Shown: positions 1-13,009, counted from the first letter of the whole stretch. The stretch: 62,885 nucleotides of DNA, filler included, from Globobulimina sp. (GCA_003354225.1; 39 parts of 39 records of this genome joined end to end with filler, not necessarily neighbours in it); one strand, 5' to 3'. Program-made: numbers and translations. Notes: generated by a model not told the origin, from the sequence alone.

Positions 1-187
1 GAGAGAGTGTATTGGTCGTAGTTGGATTTATAATGAATATATTTCAATGAATAAAGAGTTAAATCAATTAAATCAAACACAATTTAAAATATCATTAAAA
101 ATCACAACAAATTCAGAGGATAGGAAAGAAGATACCTTATGTATCTTAATTGTTGATAATTGAATATTTATTTTATTTTTATTTTTG

Positions 188-1243
188 ATGTTGACAAGTT
201 TTTTTTGTAAATTTTTAGTTTTTGCTGGTAAGTTTGTGTGACATTTAGCTACAATAAATGGTTGTTGTTCCATTATCATATTCCTTGTGTTTTCTTATTT
301 GCACTTGTTTAGTATATACTGGCATACACTCATTAACAGAGGTAGCATTTTATGACTATGATAAGACATTATCAACCATATCATTTGGTTTCCAAATATT
401 AGAAATATGTCAACAGCGTCATCTTAGTGAATGTGCTGAAATTGGTGATTTAACGAATACACTGAATTCTTTACCAAATCCAGAACTTGCAGTAATCATT
501 GCATTTGGAAATGAAACAAGAATTGAACGACTAAAAAAACATTTGCATATTGTGTTATCCGATGAGAGTTCAATTAAAAACATTTATGTATTATCAACAT
601 CACGTCAGCCTGTACCAGCACAAGAATATGCAAACTTTATATTGGCAACATTTAAATTAATTGGATTAGATGCATATTTCCGTCGAGATAATATATTAAC
701 ACTTGATGATCCCGGTCCAGGTCTGTCAGCGGATAAAGGTGCTGTATTGCAAGGAAAATTGGATGAATTGGGCATAATTGATGCTTCACGATGTATTTTT
801 GCAGATGATAAACCTGCAAATATTGAATCTGTCACTGGTATTTGTGACACATTATATATACCAAAACAAGCTGGATTAGAGTTGACAGATTTAAATTATA
901 TTGAAGCCAGTTAAGGACCTTTGCATATTTTAAAAACGTATGTTTTTGGTAATATATCTATATGTTTACAATTGAAACAGGAGCAATACTGCCAGTCAAT
1001 GCAGATAATGATTATAATGATGATAGGTCGGATAGCAATGATGCAATAATTGCAATCAATAACTTTGATGGAAAGGAGAAAAATGATATAAATAATAATG
1101 ATGTGATTATTTTGGGATCTACAGATCAAACGTTAACAGCCTATTTCTGGAGCATTATTGTGCTATGCGTCATATTCATAGCACTCGAGATATGTTGGTG
1201 TGTTACAGAAGTACGTCTGTTACGGGAAAAGTATTGTGATTGA
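188..1243 (+). CDS. Predicted type I membrane HAD-superfamily phosphatase-like protein, 3 exons (188-227, 313-909, 981-1243)
   Basis: GT-AG introns 228-312 and 910-980 keep the frame. Signal-like MLTSFFCKFLVFAVYTGIHS, HAD motif I AFYDYDKT, motif IV CIFADD, C-terminal TM helix FWSIIVLCVIFIALEICW. Confidence 0.7.
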
Positions 1244-1516
1244 AAGAAAAAATGTGAATTTCGTCGGTTTAAAATTATTACTTATTTCCAGTATATCAGT
1301 TTCTGTCTGAAAGCAAACGCAATAAATATAATTAATCAATTTAATAATTAATTTTTTCAACCAATAATCCAGCATCATATTTAAAAACAAAACACATTTT
1401 CTTTTCTTGTCTGACCCAATATGTGACACTTTAATTTGTTTGGTTGTATTGTGCCTTTAATTTAATTTATATGGAGTTACTACTACTTCTACAGATTTGT
1501 AGACATATCGGAGATA

Positions 1517-1616
1517 NNNNNNNNNNNNNNNNNNNNNNNNNNNNNNNNNNNNNNNNNNNNTTAATTAATTAANNNNNNNNNNNNNNNNNNNNNNNNNNNN
1601 NNNNNNNNNNNNNNNN
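1517..1616. other. Artificial contig spacer N44-TTAATTAATTAA-N44 (first of 38; recurs every 1614-1616 bp, last at 61272-61371)
   Basis: Identical 100-bp N-padded linker with stops in all six frames. The intervening contigs fall from 1516 to 1514 bp, i.e. a length-sorted concatenation. Confidence 0.99.
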
Positions 1617-2072
1617 ATTAAACATAGGTCGTAATTACATAGTAATTGCGTGGAAACCATGATTATAATTAAAATACATATGCCCATGACTGTGTCGGAT
1701 AGTAACACTAACGGATATAAATCTTCCATGATTTTATTTGACGTTAAGTGAAAAAAACTTAAGCTTCAATTTTTATCGAAGTTGGACTAGGCCCACAAAA
1801 TCAGCCAGATGGTTTTCTAGATGATACGGACAGAAAAATGATCATATTATAATATTTTAAACATGCAACAATTCACAAAACTAATGCCTCACATATTCAA
1901 TTATTATGTGTCGTACATATCATTACTATCATTTGACGCATTTTCCATTACCACTTCGCCATCACCTTTTCCTTGTTTCTGATTTCCTTCATTTGAATTA
2001 TCCGCATCTATATATCAAATGTATATTTTCCCAACAACTACAAATACAAATTATCTGTTAAAATAATTCAAA

Positions 2073-2934
2073 TCAATATATACCTGGATTTATATCTGCT
2101 TTTCCACTCTGCTCATTATTGTCTTGCATCAACATTTCTTTTTCATCGTTTTCTTTATCCTGATACATATCATCTGTATCCTCTGTATCCTCTGAATCTG
2201 TACATGTATCATTATCGTTTTTATTTCCTACACCATTTGCATTCTCAAAAACTATTTTATTTGGATCCAAACTTTGCATTTTCATGACATCGGATAACAT
2301 CGAATCTAATATCACTACCTCTTCCTTATTATCATCATTTTTGTTCTCAACATTAACATGATTAGCATTTCCTGCTTGATTTATTTCTAAATGTACTGCA
2401 CTTCGGTTTGTAATGCTTGTATGTCCTTCACCTTCCATACCGACTACAATCGCTTCAGCACTTCCTTCAACTCCTTCATATTGCAAATACATTTGTTGCT
2501 GGAAACGAAAACAAAAAACAGATTATATGATAAATGAAACCTGCAAAGACGTCCTGTATACTGTTTGTTGTTAGTTTGTGTACACCCGGACCTGGTCCAT
2601 TTTGTTTGGGACAGCCAGGTAATTCCTTTGTTGATGTTGGAATTGGTAATGGATACTTTGTTTGCAGTTTGGCAGTTAGCAGCTTAAGTTGTTGTTGAGT
2701 TTTGTCCATTTTATAACACATAAACACAAAGCAAACGCAACAGCAACAAAATATAACACAGCCAAATATTATTAAAACCCCTATAAAGTTTGATATGGCG
2801 TTGACGTCGACAAGATTCGGTGCAGGTCTTTTCAATGTGGTTGTGATTGTGGTGGATTCCAATGTGGTGGTTGTTTCGTTATACCGCCAAGTTTCGTTAT
2901 ACCACGTCCCGTTATACCAAGTCCATATTGGCAT
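2073..2934 (-). CDS. Hypothetical single-pass membrane protein with Thr-rich ectodomain and acidic tail (exon structure uncertain)
   Basis: ORFs 2476..2961 (Thr run, TM FIGVLIIFGCVIFCCCCVCFVF) and 2073..2492 (acidic) on the same strand with an intron-like gap. Confidence 0.45.
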
Positions 2935-3232
2935 TGTCCAAACGATTTTGATTACGCACAAAATATTAACTACGATTTTGCACTTCTTAAGTGTAAAGTA
3001 TAATTAAGTGCCAAGGGCGCGCCCCCTCGACGTGAAAAACTTTGTTTTTGGAAACACGTTACCCAGTCTCGATATTACTGAATATGTGTAAAATACTAAC
3101 AAATAATCGCTTGTTGCATGGTTTCCGCAAATNNNNNNNNNNNNNNNNNNNNNNNNNNNNNNNNNNNNNNNNNNNNTTAATTAATTAANNNNNNNNNNNN
3201 NNNNNNNNNNNNNNNNNNNNNNNNNNNNNNNN

Positions 3233-4482
3233 AAAATTAAAAAAATAATTATCAGGAAACAAAATGACCAAAAACGGGAACAAACATTTGGAGGATTGAA
3301 AAATATAATTCTCCCCAAACAAAACAATCGACAAACATTTAAATTGTGCATTATGCCATGTATTGAGAGTCTATTTTGTGGCAAAATGTGCGCAGCATTT
3401 GCTTATGGCCACAGTGGCAGCGGCAAAACACATACAGTCTGTCTTTTAAATGCCGCCTTTCATTGATGTTGATATTTAATATTAATATTACTAATATACA
3501 GATGTTTGGTTATGATGACGAAGCTGGTTTACATGCAATGTTTGCAAGAAAGGTTCTACGCATTTTGGCTGAGGATGAGCAGAAAGACAATGAGATGTAT
3601 TTACAAGTGAGATTTGTGGAATTATATCAGAACACATTGAGAGATTTGTTGAGTGCCAATAAAAACGAAATTACATTGCAGCAAAGTGAAAAAAGAGGAT
3701 TTGTGTTCAGGACACATCCAACGTTATGCGCTGACGGCAAGTTTCGAAGTTTCCCGATTACCGCTATCCGCGTTGTGCGTATGGAACAGCTCCAAAAAGT
3801 GTTGGAAGTTGCAATTAAATCTCGCAATGTTGGAAGCAGTACAATTCATTCACAGTCGTCGAGAAGCCACGCTTTTTTGGAGTATGAAATTGTGAATAAA
3901 CCATTAGTACAGAAACGAGCTGAATTATTGGAAAAAGAGGCTCATTTATTATGGTATACTTTGATGAGAGAAGAAATAACGTTGGCCAGCATTGGGAAGA
4001 AAGGAAGTTGGATCGATAGAGCGCCCAAAGCATTTATTGAGGAAATGAAGACTTTTGATAAATGGAAGATTTCTTATAAAGTTGGGGAATTGGAGAAAAT
4101 TGTGGATTGGTTTTATATTCATGACTTTCCAAAGATATTGGCTCAACATGCTGTGTTGGGAAAAACTATGGTTTTTGTGGATTTGGCAGGGAATGAATAT
4201 GGAAGAGATGCCACCGGAAAAGATACAAAGGCGAAAGAGTTAAAGGAGAGAGTACAAATAAATAAAGATTTGATGGCATTGAAGGAATGTATTCGAGCAT
4301 TGCATGGCAAGAATAGAGTGCATATTCCTTATCGACAAAGTCTGATTACAAAGTATTTGAAACGGTATTTAGGAGAAGAGGATGCGAAGGCTGTCATGAT
4401 AAGTACCATTGGAATATCGCAGGCAATGATCAAGCAAACCGTCAACACTCTTAAATACACGAGATTAGTTGCAAATGTATAG
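3233..4482 (+). CDS. Kinesin motor-domain protein, 5'-partial; intron 3437-3501
   Basis: Splicing restores the P-loop AFAYGHSGSGKTHT|MFG. Switch I SSRSH, switch II FVDLAGNE, HIPYRQS. Confidence 0.92.
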
Positions 4483-4848
4483 CAACATAGCAATGCAAGT
4501 GAGGTCTCCCTACATATTGTCTAACTATCCTGTGCATATTCATACTTTTTTTGCGTGCGTAACTCAAAAATTGTGTTAAATATAGCAGTTGAGCCATTCG
4601 CAATAGGGTTTTTGCTTTTAGTTCATTTCTTCAATCAACCTTTAAATTTTCTATTTTTACTAACATTTGAGTGCTTCACTTTGTAACTAAGTATGCTGAC
4701 CATGGGCAATAACTCTTTGGCAAAATCCCCCAGATGGTCGAATCGATTNNNNNNNNNNNNNNNNNNNNNNNNNNNNNNNNNNNNNNNNNNNNTTAATTAA
4801 TTAANNNNNNNNNNNNNNNNNNNNNNNNNNNNNNNNNNNNNNNNNNNN

Positions 4849-6236
4849 CTCTCTGCGTTTGAAGAATAATTTCTGTTCATTGACTGGATATTTGTCTTTG
4901 GTCAGCGTCTCGATTTGCAATTTGGTATAGCCGATGTCGTCTTTTTTGGTCACATTCAACGTCAAGGTCCTCCCATCGGGGCATTCCACAAAGATTGGAT
5001 ACGAGTCGCCGGTGGTCGGAGCGCGCCAAACCGTGGGGCCGCCCAAATAGACAGTATCGCCCTCACGGATGCCATATTTGAATAAGGTCCTATAATTATC
5101 ACTGAATTCATTGTCAACCACACCGTCCCTCTCCTTGCTTTTGTATAATTGCTGTTCGTTGGCTGGGATGGCGGGATACGTATTCTTCTCGATTTCCTTC
5201 TTTAACGCCGCCATCGATGCATGCGGGTCCACGCTGACCTGGATTTTCTGCCCATCCTTCTTCTCCACATACACCGTAATATTGCCTGTGTGCCAGAAAT
5301 ATATAAAAATGTTATAATTTTGTTATAGTTTGGCATCGAACCTGTGGATAATTGCAAGGTGTCGCCGTTTGTGACGCCATATGTGTCTAAAGTGGCATCG
5401 TTGTTTAATAGCTCAGCCATATTGAGGTATAATTTCTGTTTCATTTCGGGATATTTGCCATTCGTTTTGGTCTCGATCTGTTTCTTGACATAATGCAAAG
5501 GATCATCCTTTTCCACATTCAAAGTCAATGTATTGCCATCGGGGCAATCGATATAAATTTGAAACACAGCATCACCGCTCGGTTCCTTCCATTTGCTGTA
5601 ATCAGGAATCGGTTTTAAAGTCGCACTGTCTGGGCCAGTGTCGGTGGCATTTTTTTTTTGTAACCGCTCCCAATCTGGATTGTGAGCGTAATTTTTATTG
5701 TTTGGGTCTTTGTCTTTGTTGTCCACACCGCCGGTGGCTTGAAAATCGACCGGTTGCACCACGGGGTTGTACTGGAAATTTGGATGGTTTATATTATAAT
5801 TCATGCTGTCATCTTCACGCACTTTTTTCTCATCGTCGGGGTTTTTCCAGTCACGATCGGGCTGTTCGTAAGGCGCGGGTCGCTGCACTTTTTTTCGTAC
5901 TCCGCCGCCACCTTTCCATCGGGGACCGGGGTCGCCACCAAAGGTTTGTTGCAATGCATGGTCGAATTTAGAGTCAATTTCGACCCTTGCTTTAAAAAAT
6001 AAGGACTCGATTTCTGCGCGGCCCCATTTATATTTCATGAACCAAAACATGGGCGTTTTTAAGAGTATATCACCGGTCAAATATTCACCACTATTCTCTC
6101 TCCACCTTAATTGAAAGGCTTGCGTTCCTTTATCGAATTCGGTTAATGTGGCCATTATTATGTCATGGCGTTGCTCTGCGCTAAATCCTGAGGTGTCTTT
6201 GCATACGCGTCTTAAGCCAGAATTTCCGTATGACAT
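4849..6236 (-). CDS. Protein with at least three tandem divergent ubiquitin-like domains, 3'-partial; intron 5286-5341
   Basis: Repeats such as FQIYIDCPDGNTLTLNVE..QKLY..TLDTYGV..GDTLQL. The GT-AG intron joins ORFs 5202..6236 and 4801..5274 in frame. Confidence 0.8.
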
Positions 6237-7149
6237 CTTTTGTTATTTACTTTTGTTTGTCTGTTAATTTGAACAGTGACAGACGAAGGATGTCTTAGTA
6301 ACACTTCAAAAAAAGTGATGTGATTTTTCTAAAGTGTGTAGCCGTGCCACTAGAGATCATGCTGNNNNNNNNNNNNNNNNNNNNNNNNNNNNNNNNNNNN
6401 NNNNNNNNTTAATTAATTAANNNNNNNNNNNNNNNNNNNNNNNNNNNNNNNNNNNNNNNNNNNNCGTGTTCAATAATTGTGTACATATATAATTATATCA
6501 ACTGTATGTTTGTAGCATCTTATTGATAACTACGATGTGAAAAAAAATGATCGATTGCTTTTTCTTGTATTGCTTCTATGACCATTCCATTATATCAGTG
6601 ATTAAAATTTTTTTTTTAATTTCTTAATTGTTTAAATGGTTTATATTTGTGGGATAGAAACGAGAAGCAGCAAATCCTTACACACAAAGACATAGCAAAA
6701 AAATACATCCAGGTAAAACATATATGTTTGCCCCGTCATAAATAGTTGAAGGGGTTACCAGATAACTTGAACATTAATTATTATAACATTGTAAAGCATC
6801 TTGCAATGCAAAATTGGTTGGTTTTATGATGCCATTTTTTAATAATATTTAAATTAAAATGTTAAGTTTACCAACCAAGAATACTAAAATAACAAGAATA
6901 TGTAACCAAGTAGAAAACCTGGTTCACTTTGAGTATGGTATGAGCAGAGCAGCAAAGCTCTTAGTATGTTGTTCGTGATGTTTATATTAGTCTGTTTGCT
7001 AATTTTAAGCAAATTCCACGAGAATAATGTATGAAAACATAACTCGGTTCACAGACCCCAGTAAAATTATCATAGGATTTTTGAAGATTTGGATCATACT
7101 TTAATTTATGGATTACAGTATTAGATTGATTTAATATAAATTATATAGT

Positions 7150-7225
7150 TGTCGCCTAGCTCAAGAAGAGCACTGTATGGTATTGATACATACAGAAGAT
7201 TCAGGTTCAAATCCTGAGGCGACCT
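7150..7225 (+). ncRNA. tRNA-like element (pseudo-tRNA or tRNA-derived SINE head)
   Basis: Acceptor gtcgcc/ggcgac, TAGCTCA box A, D stem gctc/gagc, T arm tcagg-TTCAAAT-cctga. The D loop lacks GG and the anticodon loop is oversized. Confidence 0.6.
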
Positions 7226-7598
7226 CAAACAATACAAATAAATGGGGAAAGCTATGAAATAAATGGGGGGAAATTTGGTTGGCAATTATCAGCCACCAAA
7301 TTCAAGCAAAGCTATAAATAAATGAATTGATATGAAAAATAGAAAAAAAATTGGTGGGCAATCATCTGCCACCAATTACAGCAAAGAAAAAATAGGATTT
7401 GGAATTAATATATTGTGGAGTTGGATGTTTGGATGATTTGTAAGGTAATGGCATCACCATTCATCACCAAAAGAAATTAAAAGCATAGAAAAAGACATGG
7501 TTTGGTCGGTGGATTGAAAGATGACCAGATGAAGGTGTTATATTGAACACAAAAAATGTGTCTTGTTGCAAGGATCGTTCAAATAATTAAATATTTTT

Positions 7599-7744
7599 CA
7601 ATTGAATTCATATTTGCGCGTAAAGGCCGCAAATTTTTGTTTGATATTTAATTCATTAAAAACTTCTAACAGTCTCATTAGTTACTATGGTGCAAGGATA
7701 GCAAAAAAATTTGCGGCCTTTACGCGCAAATATGAATTCAATTG
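7599..7744. repeat. Perfect 40-bp inverted repeat (7599-7638 / 7705-7744), MITE-like 146-bp unit
   Basis: caattgaattcatatttgcgcgtaaaggccgcaaattttt and its exact reverse complement, flanked by tttt on both sides. Confidence 0.85.
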
Positions 7745-8080
7745 TTTTATATATTTCAGATAAAACTGGAAAAACCTCTGTAGTAATGACAACCGAGGCC
7801 AAGGAAGCAGAGGATACAGGAAAGAGTGGGACTGTTATCTATTTAGACAACACTGGCTTGAATTGACTTTGTTGTGTGAATTTTCTTTTTGTTTGTTTGC
7901 TATGTGTTGTGTTTGACAATCTTATGATGTAATGTCTCACAACAATCTTATGATTATTTATTAAGTCAATGTTCGAGCACNNNNNNNNNNNNNNNNNNNN
8001 NNNNNNNNNNNNNNNNNNNNNNNNTTAATTAATTAANNNNNNNNNNNNNNNNNNNNNNNNNNNNNNNNNNNNNNNNNNNN

Positions 8081-9269
8081 CCAATGCCGGCGCCGTATCA
8101 TTATCACCAAAAGTAGCATTTCCTTTTGCATAACTATGTGCAATTCCTTTTGCATAAGTAGTAATCTGTGCCATTTCAATATCAGTAATTTGCATTGGAT
8201 TGGCAATATTTTGCATGTTATTTAGTATGGCTAGTTTCATTACAGATTGTTTTTGTTCATTTGACATGCCTTTTGGCCACGCATATTTTGTTTGTATACT
8301 GTCCAGGTACTTAGCAGTTTGCATAGCCTGTATGCCGCCTTGTATTATGTCAGTGAATGTTGTGGCATCTCGAATAGTTTGTAGTTGTTGCCCGAACGAT
8401 GGTGCTGCTGCTGGCACTGGCACTGCGACTGCTTGATACGTAGTCAACTTTGATGCACCAGCATTTGTCGATATTTTATCTTTAATATAATAAAATAAAC
8501 AACACATACAACATAAAACTAATACTGCTGCAATCACAAAATATACCCATTTTGCAATTGGTTTTAAATTTTCATCGATATCTTCTGCATAATTACATTT
8601 TTGTTTAGTGAGTCGTATGGACGGTGAACGTGTCCATTCATCGTTCAATATCAAATTCCAAAATGTATCACATAATTCAATTAATAATGAACGGCAATAT
8701 AACCAATGACGATGTTGAGATGCTTCCCATTTAAAAACATTTAATGACGAATCCCATGTTATCATTGAATCCCATGTTTCATTTAAATAATTGCCATTAT
8801 TATCTCTGTGACGAACATAAATCGGAAATCCTTCTTCATCACATTCTAAATATTTAAATTCTCCGGCGATCAGTGCTACAGATCCATCATTTCCATCGTC
8901 TGTGATACAGAGATATTGTTCATTTTCAGCTGAATTACTATTGAAACATTGGTTATATACAATATCACAAGAACCACTTTTTATGGTCTCTTTAACATTC
9001 CACCCATACATTATTTCGTCAAATATCATCCAATTACCTGAACATTGCATGATATCATCCATTTCATCGCACCAAGCCAGTGATTTATTTCTATCGTAAT
9101 CAACATCAATGCGCCATGAATGACCGGAACAATAATAATGTATTGTTAGATCACCATCAAAATTAAGTGTCTCATTATCAAAATTAAGGGTATCATTATA
9201 AAAATTAAGTGTTTCATTATCAAAATCATAATCTTCATATGTTGTATATATACGTTTATATGAATGCAT
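8081..9269 (-). CDS. Cys/Trp-rich single-pass membrane protein, partial
   Basis: Long ORF with Cys/Trp-rich ectodomain modules, TM WVYFVIAAVLVLCCMCCLFYYI, and a short DNETLNF repeat near 9155-9225. Confidence 0.6.
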
Positions 9270-9904
9270 TAATTCTACGCATGTATCATATTCATAAATA
9301 CCAACTATTGAGTCAACGTCATCTCGTCCAACACCACCATAAATACAGAATGTATCATGTTTTGTATCTGTGCAACCTATGCATATATATATATATATTG
9401 TTATTTGTTATTTGTAATTTTAGTCGTTGTTATTTGTTTGAGGCATTGTTATTTGTTATATGGCAACAAAACGTAACTATTACATAAACCAGAGACAACT
9501 GCAGAATCCTTCGACGTCGTTTGCCCATCTCTTATGTACCAATTATTTGAACAATTCGCAATATCATCAAAAAAACAATACGCAACTGCACCCCACNNNN
9601 NNNNNNNNNNNNNNNNNNNNNNNNNNNNNNNNNNNNNNNNTTAATTAATTAANNNNNNNNNNNNNNNNNNNNNNNNNNNNNNNNNNNNNNNNNNNNGATT
9701 AGTTTCTTGATAATTCCTAACTTTGTACAAAACTTGAAGTTTGAACAAAATCGAATAATTTTATGAAAATCGTTCCTTAAAGAGTTTATATATATTTATT
9801 CATACCAAAAGAGGTACAGTAGACACAGAAACTACAATAAAGTAGACTCAAGTCTGTTGTCTACGCACAGACTAGAAACACACATACATTATACTAAACA
9901 AACA

Positions 9905-11160
9905 TTACACATCTAAAATCTCAACAATATTACTGTCACATAAATACTGGAACAAATTATTTTTATAAATTCTTCTACGAAATTGCTCAAACTCTAATGT
10001 AATTATATTATCACTCAATGCATTCCATAGTTTAGAACATAAAATGATAATTGACTTCTGACATCTGTCCCTAGTTACAAAAGGAATTTCAATCATACGG
10101 TTATTTGTTACATTACGCGTACTTCTTCTTGTACTAACACTGCTTTGATAGGTAATTAGTTGTTCTGGCAGGAATCGCATATTATTTACATATTTATAAA
10201 TGAGAGATAAACGACTTATGCATACAGTACGATATATAGGTCTAATTCTAGCCTTAGCCAACAAACTGGTATATGTGGTGGTATATTTAAAATCATTGCA
10301 TATTAGACGGCAACCATACTTATTAAACCTTTCAAGACGTAGCATATCCTTCTTATAGACAGGATAAGAAGCGGGGCATGCATAGAGAACAGATGGAAGA
10401 ACAATTGTGACAACGATTTTACGAACAATATCAGATGGAATATGTTTACGTACAGTACGACACAAACTGCCTAAAGCACGACGGCCTTTAGTTATGACCA
10501 TATTAGTGTGCTTAGAGTTAGACAAAGAACGGTCAACGAGGACTCCCAGATATTTATATGTTGAAACCAGTTCAATTTGAGTACCATTAACAGATAAAGG
10601 CTGAGACAAGCTAACTGGCTGTGGAGAGAGGCTGAGCATCATGTATTTTGTTTTATCTAGGTTTAGAGATAAAGAGATTGAGGAAAATGAATTAGAAATA
10701 GACTCAACATCTTGCCTCAGGTAGTTTTCGGCCTGTTCGTTATCAAGGGGACGTAAATAACACAAATCATCGGCATACATTATAATTTTGCTGCCAGGAG
10801 ATGTCAACATGCCACAAACACTATTTACATAAGCCACAAAGAGTATTGTGCCAAGAATGCTCCCTTGCACTACACCCGAAAGAACATCACGTTTAGACGA
10901 CATATACACCCATCTACACGTACAACATGAGAACGAGACAACAGATATGATTTTATGATACACAATAGAAAACTTGGTACACCATATACAGTCTCAAGGC
11001 ATGTGAGTAAACGAGCATGAACTACAGAGTCAAATGCTTTAGAAACGTCGAAAAAGACAGCACAGACTGCGGTAGCCCTGCGAGCTTGAACACATGACTG
11101 AAAGCCATGAAGAGCAAAGGACTCAAAACAAACTAACGCATCTACAGCAGTGTTGTGCCT
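9905..11160 (-). mobile_element. Non-LTR retrotransposon (LINE, CR1/L2-like) reverse transcriptase, 5'-truncated and frameshifted
   Basis: SGVVQGSILG, YADD, YKYLGV. The upstream VFFDVSKAFDSV motif is in another frame (shift near 10905). AATAAA lies near 9797-9802 on the minus strand. Confidence 0.9.
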
Positions 11161-11596
11161 TCCGAGTTTAGTTAAGTAATAACTAAGTAAAAACGCTAGT
11201 TAGTTAGTTAGTNNNNNNNNNNNNNNNNNNNNNNNNNNNNNNNNNNNNNNNNNNNNTTAATTAATTAANNNNNNNNNNNNNNNNNNNNNNNNNNNNNNNN
11301 NNNNNNNNNNNNCACTGAAAAAAAAATACAAAAATTGTTGAATTCCAATCATATGTTACATTTATTCAATTGTAAAGATCCAAATTTTTACAATAATCGC
11401 AATATCAAATTAATATGAAATTAATTCATATTAATTTCGAATTAATTTTAGAATTACCTAACATAGCTAGCTAGCTAGTTTCGAATTAATTTCTTTTCTA
11501 AATTCCGATAAACACCAAAAGCAAAATCATTACGTCCGCAGAAATGATATCCGCGATAACTCAATTTATATAAAACTTTTAGCTAACTTAGGAAAC

Positions 11597-12553
11597 ATGT
11601 CGTCACTACAAACATCACCAATACAAGAAAATGACAGTATAGCTTCCTCACCGTCGCAATCAACATCGGATCACATATCAATAAACCTTGAGTTGCGGGA
11701 GAAAATATGGAGTGGATGCGTACCGGTATTATTTAATATGGCATCGAATGAAGTAATATCTAAAAAAGATCCAGTATCAATATTTTTATTATTGCCACGT
11801 ATTAGTTATTTACCATTGGTGACAGAGAAAGTGCATAACCATTTTATATCATATGCCCCCGCATTATCTGATGGAATGTGGTTCGAATTCAATGGTCATG
11901 CATTAAAATGGAATTTCCCCATTGGTCTCTTGTATGACTTATATATCCATGAACAGTATGAAAATGAGAATGGTGATCCTGTCTGGAAATTGACAGTACA
12001 TTTTCAAAGTTATCCGGCAGAGGATATTGTAATGCCATGTCACAATAAAAATGTGGTCAAAACCTCATTTTTTAATTATTTAAAACAATGCGTATTTTTG
12101 TCATATAGCAATGTAAATTGTGTGAGTTCATTGAAAAAAAATGATCAAAATGTTTTGTGGAAAGGTGTATGCAAAGCTGATTTTAATTTGTATTTCCCAG
12201 TTTATCAGTTAATTTTCGGCCGATTAAGCAATAAAAATAATAAAATGATGCGATATCCATTACGTATAATATTGAGAGGATTTAATGACAATGACAAGTA
12301 TAAAAATATTGATTTAATTCCCATACAAAGACCTGTTAAAGTCGAGGATGATACAAAATTGACATTGAATAAATGTTTAAATGATATAATTCCTGGCATT
12401 TATGCAATGTATAAAAATCAGAAGAATAAAAACTATACCATTCATATTATAATCCAAGGCATGAAAATACCATTAAATGTACCAATTATGTGGTTAGTAA
12501 GACATGCTACGTATGCTGATTGTTTTTTGTATGTTGTCATTGTTAAATACTGA
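11597..12553 (+). CDS. ATG5: Autophagy protein 5
   Basis: IWSGCVP, LLPRISYLPL, MWFEFNGHALKWNFPIGLLYD, WKLTVHF, conjugation-site Lys in FNYLKQ, C-terminal YADCFLYVVI. Confidence 0.93.
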   Translation: MSSLQTSPIQENDSIASSPSQSTSDHISINLELREKIWSGCVPVLFNMASNEVISKKDPVSIFLLLPRISYLPLVTEKVHNHFISYAPALSDGMWFEFNGHALKWNFPIGLLYDLYIHEQYENENGDPVWKLTVHFQSYPAEDIVMPCHNKNVVKTSFFNYLKQCVFLSYSNVNCVSSLKKNDQNVLWKGVCKADFNLYFPVYQLIFGRLSNKNNKMMRYPLRIILRGFNDNDKYKNIDLIPIQRPVKVEDDTKLTLNKCLNDIIPGIYAMYKNQKNKNYTIHIIIQGMKIPLNVPIMWLVRHATYADCFLYVVIVKY

Positions 12554-13009
12554 GATTGAGTGTCATGTCACTAGTACTCCTGTTTGCCAATTGAGTCTAC
12601 TGCGCAATAACCAATCAAAAGGGCAGAAACCATAAATATTTTTCATTATGAAATCAAAAACACTGTAACTGCGGATTCCAACTTTTTACTTTTGAGAGTT
12701 GGTCAATCACCTTTTTATATTATATTATATTAATTGTGTGTCGCAACAGCAAAGCACAATAAATACACACAGACACACAAGGATTCTGTACATAATAATA
12801 CTTTTAATGCCAATCAGTACCACCTTCCNNNNNNNNNNNNNNNNNNNNNNNNNNNNNNNNNNNNNNNNNNNNTTAATTAATTAANNNNNNNNNNNNNNNN
12901 NNNNNNNNNNNNNNNNNNNNNNNNNNNNCGATCGATAGCTATTTGTCCCTAGATGTGCCTTTTGGGGGTTTCGACTTTTTATATCTCGAAAAAAAATTCA
13001 TTTATTTAA

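Noticed and set aside
5528-6002. Antisense and alternate-frame ORFs overlapping recognised genes (here and throughout the ORF track)
   Set aside because: No motifs; they are shadows of the real coding strand.
9905-10963. RT as a retron, DGR or group II intron (also 32622-33770)
   Set aside because: Motifs (SKAFD, QGSILG, KYLGV) and the AATAAA/microsatellite 3' ends are those of eukaryotic LINEs.
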